A stretch of DNA of 64,000 nucleotides from an uncultured Actinomycetota bacterium (GTDB lineage Bacteria; Actinomycetota; Actinomycetes; Actinomycetales; Dermatophilaceae): assembly GCA_963757635.1 (NCBI GenBank), contig CAVWSK010000006.1, positions 263,613 through 327,612 of the forward strand, in the 5' to 3' direction. The stretch's first letter is position 1, and every line of letters starts with the position of its first letter. Below, piece by piece: positions 10,578 to 20,033 of the stretch. Below the pieces are notes generated by a model that saw only the letters and a program-made list of their open reading frames with translations, had not been told where the DNA came from and searched no databases. A program made the position numbers and the translations under genes.

Positions 10578-10619
10578 CGGCCAGGGAGACCCCACCAGGA
10601 AATCCGGGGCGCCGGTCCC

Positions 10620-10860
10620 CGGCAGCAGCGGTCGGTGCCGCAGGAGTTCCAGAGCCGGGTCAGCAGCGTCTACGCGGTCGGCCTCTTCCTCGGCCTCGTC
10701 GTCGGGCAGGGGCTCGGGGGTGTGCCGGCGCAGCGTGGGGGGGCTCACGGCGCCCTTCTGGTTCGCCTTCGTCGGGTCGGGGCTCACGCTCACGCTCGTC
10801 TGGCGCCAGCTCGGCCACATCGCCCACTCGGAGACCGCGCAGGCCCAACCCACCGGCTAG
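10620..10860 (+). pseudogene. C-terminal remnant of an MFS transporter, frameshifted at a G7 run
   Basis: RQQRSVPQEFQSRVSSVYAVGLFLGLVVGQGLGGV-(shift at G7 10737-10743)-GLTAPFWFAFVGSGLTLTLVWRQLGHIAH*; no N-terminal part upstream. Confidence 0.7.
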
Positions 10861-10870
10861 CGTGGCGGCC

Positions 10871-12028
10871 ATGGCTTCTCCGCTGGTGACGCGCATGCAG
10901 GGCTTCGGGACGACGATCTTCGCCCAGATGTCGGCCCTGGCGCTCGAGCACGAGGCGGTGAACCTCGGCCAGGGGTTCCCCGACACCGACGGGCCCCGCG
11001 AGATGCTCGAGGCGGCGAAGGCGGCCATCGACGGGGGGCGCAACCAGTACCCGCCCGGTCCGGGGGTTCCGGAGCTGCTGGAGGCCGTGGCCGCACACCA
11101 GTCCCGCTTCTACGGCATCGCCGTCGACCCCCGCTCGGAGGTGCTCGTCACGGTCGGCGCCACCGAAGCCATCGCGGCGAGCATCCTCGCGCTGTGCGAG
11201 CCGGGCGACGAGGTGGTCACCTTCGAGCCCTACTACGACTCGTATGCCGCGTCGATCGCCCTCGCGGGTGCCGTGCGACGCACCTCGGTGCTCCGCTTCC
11301 CGGACTTCGCCGTCGACGAGGCATCGCTGCGGGCAGCGTTCTCGTCCCGGACCCGGATGGTGCTGCTCAACACTCCCCACAACCCGACCGGCAAGGTCTT
11401 CACCCGCGCCGAGGTCGACCTGGTCTGCGCACTGGCCAGGGAGCACGACGCCTGGGTGGTCACCGACGAGGTCTACGAGCACCTGGTGTTCTCTGGGGCC
11501 GAGCATGTCCCCGTGGCGACCTTGCCGGGCATGCGTGAGCGCACCCTGACCATCTCCTCGGCCGGCAAGACCTTCTCGGCGACGGGGTGGAAGGTCGGCT
11601 GGGTCAGCGGCCCCGCCGAGGCGGTCGCCGCCGTCCGCACCGTCAAGCAGTTCCTCACCTTCGTGGGGTCCGGACCCTTCCAGCCGGCGGTGGCGGTCGC
11701 CCTGGGCCTCGACGACTCCGTGTACTCAGGGATCGCCTCCACCCTGGAGGGCAAGCGGGACCTGCTCCTCGACGGGCTCCACGCGGCAGGGCTGAGCGTG
11801 TCCGTGCCGCAGGGGACCTACTTCGTCATCGCGGACGTGGCGCCCCTGGGGGCCACCGACGCGTTGTCCTTCTGCCTGGAGCTGCCGGCAAGGGCCGGGG
11901 TGGTCGGGGTGCCGGTGTCGGTCTTCCACGACGACACCGAGGCGGCCAGGACGTTGGTGCGGTTCGCCTTCTGCAAGCGCGACGAGGTGCTGCACGAGGC
12001 CGTGGACCGGCTCGGCCGACTCTCCTAG
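10871..12028 (+). CDS. PLP-dependent class I/II aminotransferase (DapC/YbdL-like)
   Basis: NLGQGFPD, NTPHNPTG, TDEVYEHL, SSAGKTFSATGWKVGW, VRFAFCK; TAGCGT -10 lies 7 nt before the ATG. Confidence 0.92.
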   Translation: MASPLVTRMQGFGTTIFAQMSALALEHEAVNLGQGFPDTDGPREMLEAAKAAIDGGRNQYPPGPGVPELLEAVAAHQSRFYGIAVDPRSEVLVTVGATEAIAASILALCEPGDEVVTFEPYYDSYAASIALAGAVRRTSVLRFPDFAVDEASLRAAFSSRTRMVLLNTPHNPTGKVFTRAEVDLVCALAREHDAWVVTDEVYEHLVFSGAEHVPVATLPGMRERTLTISSAGKTFSATGWKVGWVSGPAEAVAAVRTVKQFLTFVGSGPFQPAVAVALGLDDSVYSGIASTLEGKRDLLLDGLHAAGLSVSVPQGTYFVIADVAPLGATDALSFCLELPARAGVVGVPVSVFHDDTEAARTLVRFAFCKRDEVLHEAVDRLGRLS

Positions 12029-12030
12029 GC

Positions 12031-12900
12031 CTACCTCGGGAAGGGTGCGACGGACACCAGCACGGCCGTGGCCACGAGGATCGCCACCGCGGTGACCAGC
12101 TCGGCGCCCACCACGACACCCAGGGCGCGGACCCCGGAACCCGCCCCGAGTTCCCAGACCGCCGTGGCGCGATCCGGCTGGCGCATCGTGGCTGCCCGCG
12201 CCCGGCGCCGTCCGAGGGTGCCGATGACGAGCAGGCACCCCACCAGCAGCGCCTTCACGAGCAGGGCAGCGCCGTAGCGGCTGCTCGTGAGGTCGCCGGG
12301 GCCGTCGGCGACGACCCGGGCGTGGACCACCCCGGTCACGACCAGGACCCCGACGCTGACGGAGGCGGTGCGCGAGAAGGTGGGGACCAGCCCTTCCAGC
12401 TCCGGGACGTGCTCGCCCGGGAGGATGACCACGGCCAGGGCGGCCAAGCCGCCCAGCCACGTGGCGGCGGCCAGCAGGTGGGCGAGCACGGCGAGCGCGG
12501 TCAGCCAGGCGATAGGCCCCTCTACGGCGTCCGACTGGGCCACCATCGTCAGTGCCAGGCCCACGGCGACCAGCCCCGCGGCGACCCGGCGCACCCCCAC
12601 CACGGGGCCCCGCACGAGGTCGGTGAAGAAGCCGGCCGTGCCGGCGAGGAGCGCGAGCCGGAGCAGGGCGGCGGTGCCGTCCTCGCGGGAGACCACGTCA
12701 ACCAGCGGTGCACCGCTCCCGGCCCACCGCACGACCGGCGCAGCGATCGTGGCCACCGCCAGGAGCAGGACCCCGGCCTCGGCGAGCAGCACGAGCCGCC
12801 GGTCGCGCGTGCCCTCCCCCCACACCAGCATCCAGAAGGCGAGCGTGCCCGCGAGCAGCACGAAGCCGGCATACAGGAGCACCTGGACCACGACCATCAC
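12031..12900 (-). CDS. CopD-like (copper resistance D) membrane protein
   Basis: Multi-pass hydrophobic protein with HLLAAATWLGGL, FSRTA...LVVTGV and YGAALLVK. Confidence 0.7.
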   Translation of the reverse strand: MMVVVQVLLYAGFVLLAGTLAFWMLVWGEGTRDRRLVLLAEAGVLLLAVATIAAPVVRWAGSGAPLVDVVSREDGTAALLRLALLAGTAGFFTDLVRGPVVGVRRVAAGLVAVGLALTMVAQSDAVEGPIAWLTALAVLAHLLAAATWLGGLAALAVVILPGEHVPELEGLVPTFSRTASVSVGVLVVTGVVHARVVADGPGDLTSSRYGAALLVKALLVGCLLVIGTLGRRRARAATMRQPDRATAVWELGAGSGVRALGVVVGAELVTAVAILVATAVLVSVAPFPR

Positions 12901-13736
12901 GGCCTCGGGAGGTCGACCTGGAGGAGCACCAGCGCGGTCGCAGGGGTGAGCGGCTCACGGATGCGCAGGGCTCCCGGATCACCGACGGCGCAGGGAAGGG
13001 AGATGCCGTCGGTGCCGGTGCAGCTGATGTTGAGCACGCCCGGTCCGGACGTGGCGACGAGCACCGGGTGGTCGGCCTCCTCGACCACGACCAGGGGTCC
13101 GAGCAGGGCCAGCGCCCGCCCGGTGGTGGAGGGGATGCTGCGCACGGTGGTGTCCACCAGGACGTAGCGAAGCTCCACCGCGTCGGTGGCCACCGGCAGG
13201 TCGACCACCACACCCGCCGCAACGCTCGCGGAGCGGAGCGTCACCGGCTGGCCCCCGGCGGTGAGCTGCAGGGAGGTGGCGCGGGGCTCGAGGAAGCTGA
13301 GCGCCTCCTCCGCCGGGGGCGGGACCGGTGGCCGCAACACCAGCCGACGCACCGGCGTTCGCAGACGCACCTGCTCGGACACCTCCAGCGATCCGTCGCT
13401 GGTGATGGTCGCCGCTAGGCGGGTCCCCGGCCGGTCCAGACCGGGACCGGACTGCGCGACGTCGGTGGTCGGCGAGGGCGTCACGGGTGCGGTGGCCTCC
13501 GTCGGGCCAGAAGTGGTGGTCGGCGACGTGCTGCTCGGCGTCACGACGGCAGTGGTCGGGCCGGAGACCGGGGGGTGCCTGTCGCTCGCCCGGAGTGCGG
13601 CCGAGGACGGCGCCTGGCCGTGGTAGGCGATGGCGGCGGCCACGAGCAGCACAGGCAGGACGACCCCGGCGACCCGGCGCATCCAGAGCCGGGTCTCGTA
13701 GTCCACGCGCACAGGTCTCCCCCTGTCGTCGTCCAC
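12897..13736 (-). CDS. Hypothetical membrane-anchored protein with a Pro/Thr/Ser linker and a C-terminal extracellular domain
   Basis: One N-terminal hydrophobic helix (VAGVVLPVLLVAAAIAY), PTTAVVTPSSTSPTT linker; ATGA overlap with the CopD-like gene. Confidence 0.6.
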   Translation of the reverse strand: MDDDRGRPVRVDYETRLWMRRVAGVVLPVLLVAAAIAYHGQAPSSAALRASDRHPPVSGPTTAVVTPSSTSPTTTSGPTEATAPVTPSPTTDVAQSGPGLDRPGTRLAATITSDGSLEVSEQVRLRTPVRRLVLRPPVPPPAEEALSFLEPRATSLQLTAGGQPVTLRSASVAAGVVVDLPVATDAVELRYVLVDTTVRSIPSTTGRALALLGPLVVVEEADHPVLVATSGPGVLNISCTGTDGISLPCAVGDPGALRIREPLTPATALVLLQVDLPRP

Positions 13737-13964
13737 CGCACGGCGGCGTGAGGTCTGGGCTCGGTCAGGCTGTGGTCAAGCGCTGGCCGTACCGCGCGAC
13801 GATAGGCCACGGCACGCTGCCGAACCACCCCCAACGGCACCAGGCGCGGATCCGCGGCACGCCACGGGCTCGTGGGGTCCACAGGGGCGGGTCGCGTCGG
13901 CGCCCGCGCACAGGGTGGACCGCCGTGGCGCCCGTCGGTGGCGTGGCCGGCGCATCCTGCACCT

Positions 13965-14591
13965 GTGAGACCGCGCGCCGTCATCCTCGTCCCTCTGCTC
14001 GGGTTGGCCCTCGTGGTGGCACCGACCCCGATCGCGGCGGAGCCACCCACCTCGGGCTCCGCGGTGGCCGCACCCGGCGCTGTCCGCCCCTGGGCGCCAA
14101 CCGGTCGCTCCGGTGCCTCATCGCTGCCCGACCTTCCGCAGGCGGACGGCTCGCCGCACGGACGCACGGCGTCCCCCGGGGCGCGATGGGCCTGGCCACT
14201 GACCCCTCGTCCCGCCGTGGTGCGGCCGTTCGTGCCTCCGGCCACCCCCTACGGCGCGGGTCACCGCGGCATCGACCTGCGTGGTGGCACCGATGCGCTC
14301 GTCACCGCTGTCGAGGCGGGCACCGTCACCCACGTGGGGGTCATAGCGGGGCGCGGCACCGTGACGGTGCTGCACGCTTCGGGGGTCCGCTCCACCTACG
14401 AACCCGTCGTGACGTCGGTCGCCGTGGGTGCGAGCGTGGCTCGCGGCGAGCGTCTTGGTCGCCTCGCCGGCGCGGGGTCGCACTGCGGGGTCGAGCCGTG
14501 CCTGCACCTCGGGGCCCTGCGTGGGCGCGAGTACCTCGACCCGCTGGTGTTCCTCGAGATGCGCCGAGTACGCCTGCTGGCCCTGGACTAG
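13965..14591 (+). CDS. Secreted M23-family peptidase / murein hydrolase-like protein
   Basis: Signal peptide (VRPRAVILVPLLGLALVVAP), WAWPL, YGAGHRGIDL, STYEPV, CLHLG, YLDPL. Confidence 0.85.
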   Translation: MRPRAVILVPLLGLALVVAPTPIAAEPPTSGSAVAAPGAVRPWAPTGRSGASSLPDLPQADGSPHGRTASPGARWAWPLTPRPAVVRPFVPPATPYGAGHRGIDLRGGTDALVTAVEAGTVTHVGVIAGRGTVTVLHASGVRSTYEPVVTSVAVGASVARGERLGRLAGAGSHCGVEPCLHLGALRGREYLDPLVFLEMRRVRLLALD

Positions 14592-15478
14592 GCGCCCGAG
14601 GGCCAGGGCCAGGCCTTGCACCCGCCGAGGTCGAGGGTCTGCTGGACCATCACGGGCGCGCGCCTGCCCTTGCCGGGACAGGTGCGGTGCTGGTGACCGA
14701 GACCGTGGCCGACCTCGTGGTTGACCTGGTAGATGCGGTAGCTCTCGACGTCCTCGCCGTAGCTGTCGTCGCCGAGGGCCCAGCGCCGGAAGTTCAGCAC
14801 CGACCGCTCACCGTTCCAGCAGGACACCTGCGACAAGGTCTTCATCGGCGCGCAGAGCTCGTCGGTGAGACCCGGGCTGGCCAGCGTGACCCGGATGTCC
14901 ACCTTCGCGCCCTTGGCTGCCTGCTGCGGGCTGACGTTGACGAAGTGGATGCCGTCGACCTTCTGCCAGCCCTTGGGGTCGAGCAGGATCGTCTGGATGC
15001 TCGAGGCGACCGTGGTGGCGTCGACATCGAGTCCGCCCTCGATCTCCACGGTGTAGTGCACCACCCGTCCCGTGGCGGACGTCTTCGCCACGGACACCGG
15101 GACGACGGTGATCTCGCCGTCGCCGTTCTGCGGGACGGTGGTCGCCCCGGGTGTCGATGTCTCAGGCGTGGCAGACCCGTCTTCGGCGTTGGCCCCTGGT
15201 GCAACGGTCGGCGCCGCCGACGTGGTCGCTGGCGGCTTCAGCGCCCCGACCGCCCGGACCGACGGATCGTCGCGGGTCGCCGCGTGGACCGTTCCCACCA
15301 CGACGAGCGCCAGGGCCACCGTCGTCACGATGGTGCGACGCAGCCGCACCCTGCGGCTGACGCGTCGTCGGTGCCTGCTGGGTGGCAGGTGCCGCGGTTG
15401 GCCCAGGTCACTCACGGTGTGGGTACTGCCCTCTCGTCCTGCTCCCGACCGTCGAGCCGGGAGTACGTGGTGCCCCAT
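14588..15478 (-). CDS. DUF3152 domain protein (zincin-like)
   Basis: TM anchor, DPKGW, SCWNGERSVLNFRRW, YQVNHEVGHGLGH, APVMVQQT. Confidence 0.85.
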   Translation of the reverse strand: MGHHVLPARRSGAGREGSTHTVSDLGQPRHLPPSRHRRRVSRRVRLRRTIVTTVALALVVVGTVHAATRDDPSVRAVGALKPPATTSAAPTVAPGANAEDGSATPETSTPGATTVPQNGDGEITVVPVSVAKTSATGRVVHYTVEIEGGLDVDATTVASSIQTILLDPKGWQKVDGIHFVNVSPQQAAKGAKVDIRVTLASPGLTDELCAPMKTLSQVSCWNGERSVLNFRRWALGDDSYGEDVESYRIYQVNHEVGHGLGHQHRTCPGKGRRAPVMVQQTLDLGGCKAWPWPSGA

Positions 15479-15545
15479 CTTCCCCCTTGCCGCCCCACAG
15501 GAGGACGAGCCACGCCCGGGTGTTCGGTGAACGGCTCATGGTCGG

Positions 15546-16460
15546 TCATGCCCTGGGGTGGGCCTGGCGGTAGGACTGCCGTAGCCGGTCGACGGACACG
15601 TGCGTGTAGATCTGGGTCGTGGCGAGCGAGGCATGACCGAGCAGCTCCTGGACGAGCCGGAGGTCGGCGCCGCCCTCGAGCAGGTGGGTTGCCGCGCTGT
15701 GCCGCAGGCCGTGGGGACCGATGTCCGGGGCATCGGGGACGTGGGCGAGCAGGGCGTGCAGGGCCGACCTGATCTGACGGGGATCGGCGCGGCGCCCACG
15801 CCGCCCGAGCAGGAGTGCCGGTCCGCTGGTCCCGGTGGCCAGGGTGGGACGACCCAGGGCGAGCCACGCGGTCACGGCCTCACGCGCCGGACCGCCGAAG
15901 GGGACCGTGCGCTCCTTGCCGCCCTTGCCCATGACCCGGAGCACCCCGCCCCCGAGGTCGACATCGTCGACATCCAGCGAAGTGAGCTCCCCGACGCGGA
16001 TCCCACTGGCGTACAACAGTTCGAGGGCCGCCCGGTCACGCAGGTGGATGGGGTCCTGGTCGTCGCTGGCGAGCGCCGCGACGTCCATCAGTGCCGTCGC
16101 GTCGCCCTGGCGCAGCACCTCGGGGAGGTGGCCGATCCGTTTCGGTGCGACCAGCCGGAGGGAGGGGTCGACGGCGATCCGCTGGGTGCGGACGGCCCAG
16201 CCCAGGAAGGTACGGGCGGCGGCCGAGCGCCGGGCGATGGTGGAGCGGGCCGCGCCGGCGCGGGACTGACCCGCCAACCAGGCTCGCAGGTCGGGCAGCC
16301 CGATCTGGCCGAGCTCGGTGACCTCGCGCTCGCCCTCGAGGAAGCGCAACAGATGGCGCACGTCGCCGAGATAGGCCCGGGTGGTGTGCTCCGAGCGCCC
16401 GCGTTCGCTGCGCAGGTGGCGCTCGAAGGCGCCGACCGTCTCGGCCGTGGACTCGGACAT
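15546..16460 (-). CDS. xerC: Tyrosine recombinase XerC
   Basis: [53 protein letters not shown]; next to dprA as is typical in actinobacteria. Confidence 0.93.
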   Translation of the reverse strand: MSESTAETVGAFERHLRSERGRSEHTTRAYLGDVRHLLRFLEGEREVTELGQIGLPDLRAWLAGQSRAGAARSTIARRSAAARTFLGWAVRTQRIAVDPSLRLVAPKRIGHLPEVLRQGDATALMDVAALASDDQDPIHLRDRAALELLYASGIRVGELTSLDVDDVDLGGGVLRVMGKGGKERTVPFGGPAREAVTAWLALGRPTLATGTSGPALLLGRRGRRADPRQIRSALHALLAHVPDAPDIGPHGLRHSAATHLLEGGADLRLVQELLGHASLATTQIYTHVSVDRLRQSYRQAHPRA

Positions 16461-16536
16461 GGCCTCACCGTCGCAAACCGGGCCGGTGGGCACAAGCCGC
16501 CACGCACGCCCACCCGGGGCCGGTCACCCGACCGGC

Positions 16537-17640
16537 TCAGGTCCGGGTGACGACCTTGCGCCACCCCTCACCGTCGCGGCGGCAGAGCCCGACCAGCTCG
16601 AGCACGCCCAGGGCTCCGAGCACGTCGCCCGGGGACTCGGCACACCGGCGGGCCACCTCGGCCGCCGAGACCGCCGCACGCAGCGGGAGGGCCGCGTGCA
16701 CGACCTGCTGCAGTCGGTCCAGGGCGTCCTCGGGACGGGACTGGCCCCTCTTGAGCGGTGCCAGCTCACCCACCGGGCCGACCGCCTCGGCCACCTCGGC
16801 CGCGTCGGTCACCAGGATCGCGCCCTCCCGGATGAGCTCGTGGCATCCGGCTGACACCGCCGAGGTGACGGGGCCCGGCAGCGCGCAGACGACCCTCAGG
16901 TGGTCACCGGCCTGCCTGGCCGTGTTGCGCGAACCGGAGCGGAGCCCCGCCTCGACGACCACCGTGCCCTGGCTCAGGGTGGCGATGACCCGGTTGCGGC
17001 TCAGGAAGCGCCACCGCGTCGGCGCCGAACCCGGCGGGACCTCGCTCACGACGGCCCCCGACTCGGCGATGCGCGCCAGCAAGCCCTCGTGGCCGGCCGG
17101 GTAGGCCCGGTCCACACCGCCGGCCACCACCGCGACGGTCACGCCGTCGACCGCCAGGGCGCCCTCGTGGGCCGCACCGTCGACGCCGTAGGCGGCGCCG
17201 GAGACGACGGCGAACCGGCGGTCCGCCAGCCCGCTGGCGAGCTCCCTCGCCTGGTGCACGCCGTAGCCCGAGGCGGCCCTCGCCCCGACCACCGAGACAC
17301 TGCGGACGCACTGCTCGTCGAGGCGGGCCGGACCGCGGACCCACAGGCAGAACGGCGGGTCCGACAGCGAGGTCAGCCCGTCTGGCCACTCCTCGTCGGA
17401 GGGGGTCAGGATCCGCGCCCCGAGCCGCCGGGCGATCTCGAGGTCACGCTCCACGTCGAGCTCGTCGGCGCGCGCGGCGATTCGCCGCCCGAGAGTGGAC
17501 TCGGGTGCTACGCCGTGCAGGGCGGCCTCGGGGCCAAGGGCCTCGATGAGCTGGACCGCCGTGGGGTCTGCGGGCTCGACCAGTCTCGCCCACGCGACCC
17601 GGGCCGCACGCTCCCCCTGGGGGATGCGGAGCAAGGTCAT
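16537..17640 (-). CDS. dprA: DNA processing protein DprA
   Basis: VVGARAASGYG, VVSGAAYGVDGAAH, FLSRNRVIA, VVEAGLRSGS. Confidence 0.95.
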   Translation of the reverse strand: MTLLRIPQGERAARVAWARLVEPADPTAVQLIEALGPEAALHGVAPESTLGRRIAARADELDVERDLEIARRLGARILTPSDEEWPDGLTSLSDPPFCLWVRGPARLDEQCVRSVSVVGARAASGYGVHQARELASGLADRRFAVVSGAAYGVDGAAHEGALAVDGVTVAVVAGGVDRAYPAGHEGLLARIAESGAVVSEVPPGSAPTRWRFLSRNRVIATLSQGTVVVEAGLRSGSRNTARQAGDHLRVVCALPGPVTSAVSAGCHELIREGAILVTDAAEVAEAVGPVGELAPLKRGQSRPEDALDRLQQVVHAALPLRAAVSAAEVARRCAESPGDVLGALGVLELVGLCRRDGEGWRKVVTRT

Positions 17641-19175
17641 GCCGCCACCGGTCCCTGGGAGCGCAGGGTCAGGGCTGTGCCGAGGTCACCACGCGTGGGG
17701 GTCGTGCGTCCTGCCAGGTCGGCGACGGTCCACCCGAGCCGGAGCACGCGGTCGTAGCCGCGCAGGGTGAGCTGCCCACGGTCCAGCGCGGCGTCGATGT
17801 CGCACGTGACCCGAGGCGGCAGCCGCCAGCGGCCCCGGCGGACGCAGGGACCCGGCGCCTCGCTGTTGAGCGACCAGGGCGTCGCCTGCCAGCGCTCGGC
17901 CTGCACCTGGCGCGCCTCGAGCACGCGCGCAGCGACCACCGCGCTGGACTCCCCCGCCTCACCGGCGAGCGAGGACCGGGTGACCGCTGGCACCTGCACC
18001 TGGAGGTCGACCCGGTCGAGCAGCGGACCGGACAGGCGCCCCACGTAGGCCCGCTTGGCCGTCGCCGAGCAGGAGCACCCCACCCCCTTGCCGAAGCCGA
18101 GACCGCAGGGGCAGGGGTTCGCCGCCATCACGAGCTGGAACCGGGCAGGGAACCGCACTGCGGCCCGGGCGCGGGCCACCACCACCTCCCCGGACTCCAG
18201 GGGCTGGCGCAGGGCCTGCAGTGCTCCGTTGCGGAACTCGGGCGCCTCGTCCAGGAACAGCACGCCGTGGTGGGCCTGCGAGATCGCGCCCGGCCGAACG
18301 GCGCCGCTGCCGCCACCGATGATGGCGGCCTGTGAGGCGCTGTGGTGCGGGGCGACGAACGGCGGCACCCCCTCGACCTCGAGCTCGTGGGCGGTGACCC
18401 CCAGCAACGAGCGCACAGCCAGCACGTCGATCGACTGGGCCCGAGTCAGCCTCGGCAGGATCGAGACCAGCCGCTCGGCGAGCATGGTCTTGCCCGAACC
18501 GGGCGGGCCCAGGAGGAACACGTGGTGGCCGCCGGCGGCGGCCAGCTCCAGCGCCTTGCGCGCCTCTTCCTGCCCCACGACGTCGGCGAGATCGGGCACG
18601 GGTCGCGCCTCGACGGGACCTGTGGCCGAGGTCTCGACGGGCTCGGCGCCCAGCGCCTGGGCGCCGCCCTGGTAGGCGGCGATGAGGTCGCCCAGGTGGC
18701 GCACGGCATGGACGCGGATGCCCGGCACGAGTCGTGCCTCGGCGGCGTTCGCCTCCGGGACGACCACCTCCCGGCACCCGTCCCGGGCGGCGCAGAGCAC
18801 CGCCGGGAGGACGCCTCGCACCGCCCGGATGCTGCCGTCGAGGCCCAGCTCGCCCACGTGCACGATCTCGCGGACGCGCTCGGCGGGAGCCAGTGCCAGG
18901 GCGGTGACCACGGCGATGGCGATCGGCAGGTCGAACCCGCTGCCGTTCTTGGGGATCGAGGCCGGGGAGAGGTTGACCGTGATGCGGTCCTGGCTGAGGG
19001 ACCGGCCGATGCTGGCCGCCGCAGCCTTGACCCGGTTGGGCGACTGCGCGCACGCCGTGTCCGGGAGCCCGCCGACCATGAAGGCCGGCAGGCCTCCGGA
19101 CAGGTGCGCCTCGACCTCGACCACGGTGCCCGCGAGACCTTCGAGGGTGACCGAGCGGGTGCGCCCGAACGTCAC
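17637..19175 (-). CDS. comM: YifB/ComM family Mg-chelatase-like AAA+ ATPase
   Basis: GLPD, NLSPA, FDLPIA, GELGLDG, GPPGSGKT, AHHGVLFLDE, NPCPCG, SGPLLDRVD. Confidence 0.93.
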   Translation of the reverse strand: MTFGRTRSVTLEGLAGTVVEVEAHLSGGLPAFMVGGLPDTACAQSPNRVKAAAASIGRSLSQDRITVNLSPASIPKNGSGFDLPIAIAVVTALALAPAERVREIVHVGELGLDGSIRAVRGVLPAVLCAARDGCREVVVPEANAAEARLVPGIRVHAVRHLGDLIAAYQGGAQALGAEPVETSATGPVEARPVPDLADVVGQEEARKALELAAAGGHHVFLLGPPGSGKTMLAERLVSILPRLTRAQSIDVLAVRSLLGVTAHELEVEGVPPFVAPHHSASQAAIIGGGSGAVRPGAISQAHHGVLFLDEAPEFRNGALQALRQPLESGEVVVARARAAVRFPARFQLVMAANPCPCGLGFGKGVGCSCSATAKRAYVGRLSGPLLDRVDLQVQVPAVTRSSLAGEAGESSAVVAARVLEARQVQAERWQATPWSLNSEAPGPCVRRGRWRLPPRVTCDIDAALDRGQLTLRGYDRVLRLGWTVADLAGRTTPTRGDLGTALTLRSQGPVAA

Positions 19176-19543
19176 GACCCGACCCCCTCGAGGTGGCGCA
19201 CGACGGCAGGACCGGCAGCGGGACGCAGGATGCCGATCACGTCGATGCGGATCCGGTCCGGGTGCACCTCGTGGGCCTGCAACCAGGCCGCGGCGAGGCG
19301 CCGCAGTCGCGCGGCCTTGCGCCGGTCGACCGCCTCGACCGGGGCCCCGAAGCGCTCGGTGCGCCGGGTCTTGACCTCGCAGAACACCAGGCAGTCGCCG
19401 TCACGGGCGATCAGGTCGATCTCGCCGTGGACGCAGCGCCAGTTGCGCTCCACCACCTCCAGTCCGTGCTCCTGCAGGTAGCGCGCTGCCAGCCGCTCAC
19501 CGTACTCACCGAGGGCGCGTCGCGCCCGCGTCGCCTCTCCCAT
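19172..19543 (-). CDS. yraN: YraN family nuclease (UPF0102)
   Basis: GEYGERLAARYL, RNWRCVHGEIDLIA, VFCEVKTR, RIDVIG. Confidence 0.93.
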   Translation of the reverse strand: MGEATRARRALGEYGERLAARYLQEHGLEVVERNWRCVHGEIDLIARDGDCLVFCEVKTRRTERFGAPVEAVDRRKAARLRRLAAAWLQAHEVHPDRIRIDVIGILRPAAGPAVVRHLEGVGS

Positions 19544-19603
19544 GGCTCCACCTCCGGGCGCCAGCCAACCGCGCCCGGGCAGGGCAGGGGCGGCGCCGGC
19601 GGC

Positions 19604-19645
19604 GGGCTGTGGACGAGGTACCCAGGCTGCGCAGGGCTGTGGACG
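19604..19645. repeat. Perfect 12-bp direct repeat GGGCTGTGGACG x2 upstream of yraN-comM-dprA
   Basis: Copies at 19604-19615 and 19634-19645, 30 bp apart. Confidence 0.8.
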
Positions 19646-19715
19646 GAGTCGCGAGCACGGTCGCGCGTAGCGGCCCCACCGGGGGCTGCTTCGCGCAGAC
19701 CGGCGGCGAGCGGGA

Positions 19716-20033
19716 CTAGAAGCCGGGACCCTTCGGCAGCTCGAGGTCGGACTTGGCCAGCTCCTCGACGTTGACGTCCTTGAACGTCACCACGCGCACC
19801 TGCTTGGCGAAACGGGCCGGTCGGTAGATGTCCCAGACCCAGGCGTCACTCATCGTGACGTCGAAGAACACCTCCCCACCGTCGGACCGGACCTTCACGT
19901 CGACCGAGTTGCACAGGTAGAAGCGACGCTCGGTCTCCACGACGTGGGAGAACAACCCGACGACATCGCGGTACTCGCGATAGAGCTGCAGCTCCATCTC
20001 GCTCTCGTACTTCTCGAGATCCTCTGAACTCAT
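19716..20033 (-). CDS. DUF2469 family protein
   Basis: [25 protein letters not shown]...ETERRFYL...[11 protein letters not shown]; conserved position after rnhB. Confidence 0.92.
   Translation of the reverse strand: MSSEDLEKYESEMELQLYREYRDVVGLFSHVVETERRFYLCNSVDVKVRSDGGEVFFDVTMSDAWVWDIYRPARFAKQVRVVTFKDVNVEELAKSDLELPKGPGF

Noticed and set aside
10575-10853. Minus-strand 92-aa ORF (MGWACAVSEW...)
   Set aside because: It is the antisense of the MFS remnant, which explains this region better.
15546-16460. Tyrosine recombinase as a possible integrase of a mobile element
   Set aside because: It sits in the conserved dprA-xerC housekeeping position, with no att sites, cargo or compositional shift.
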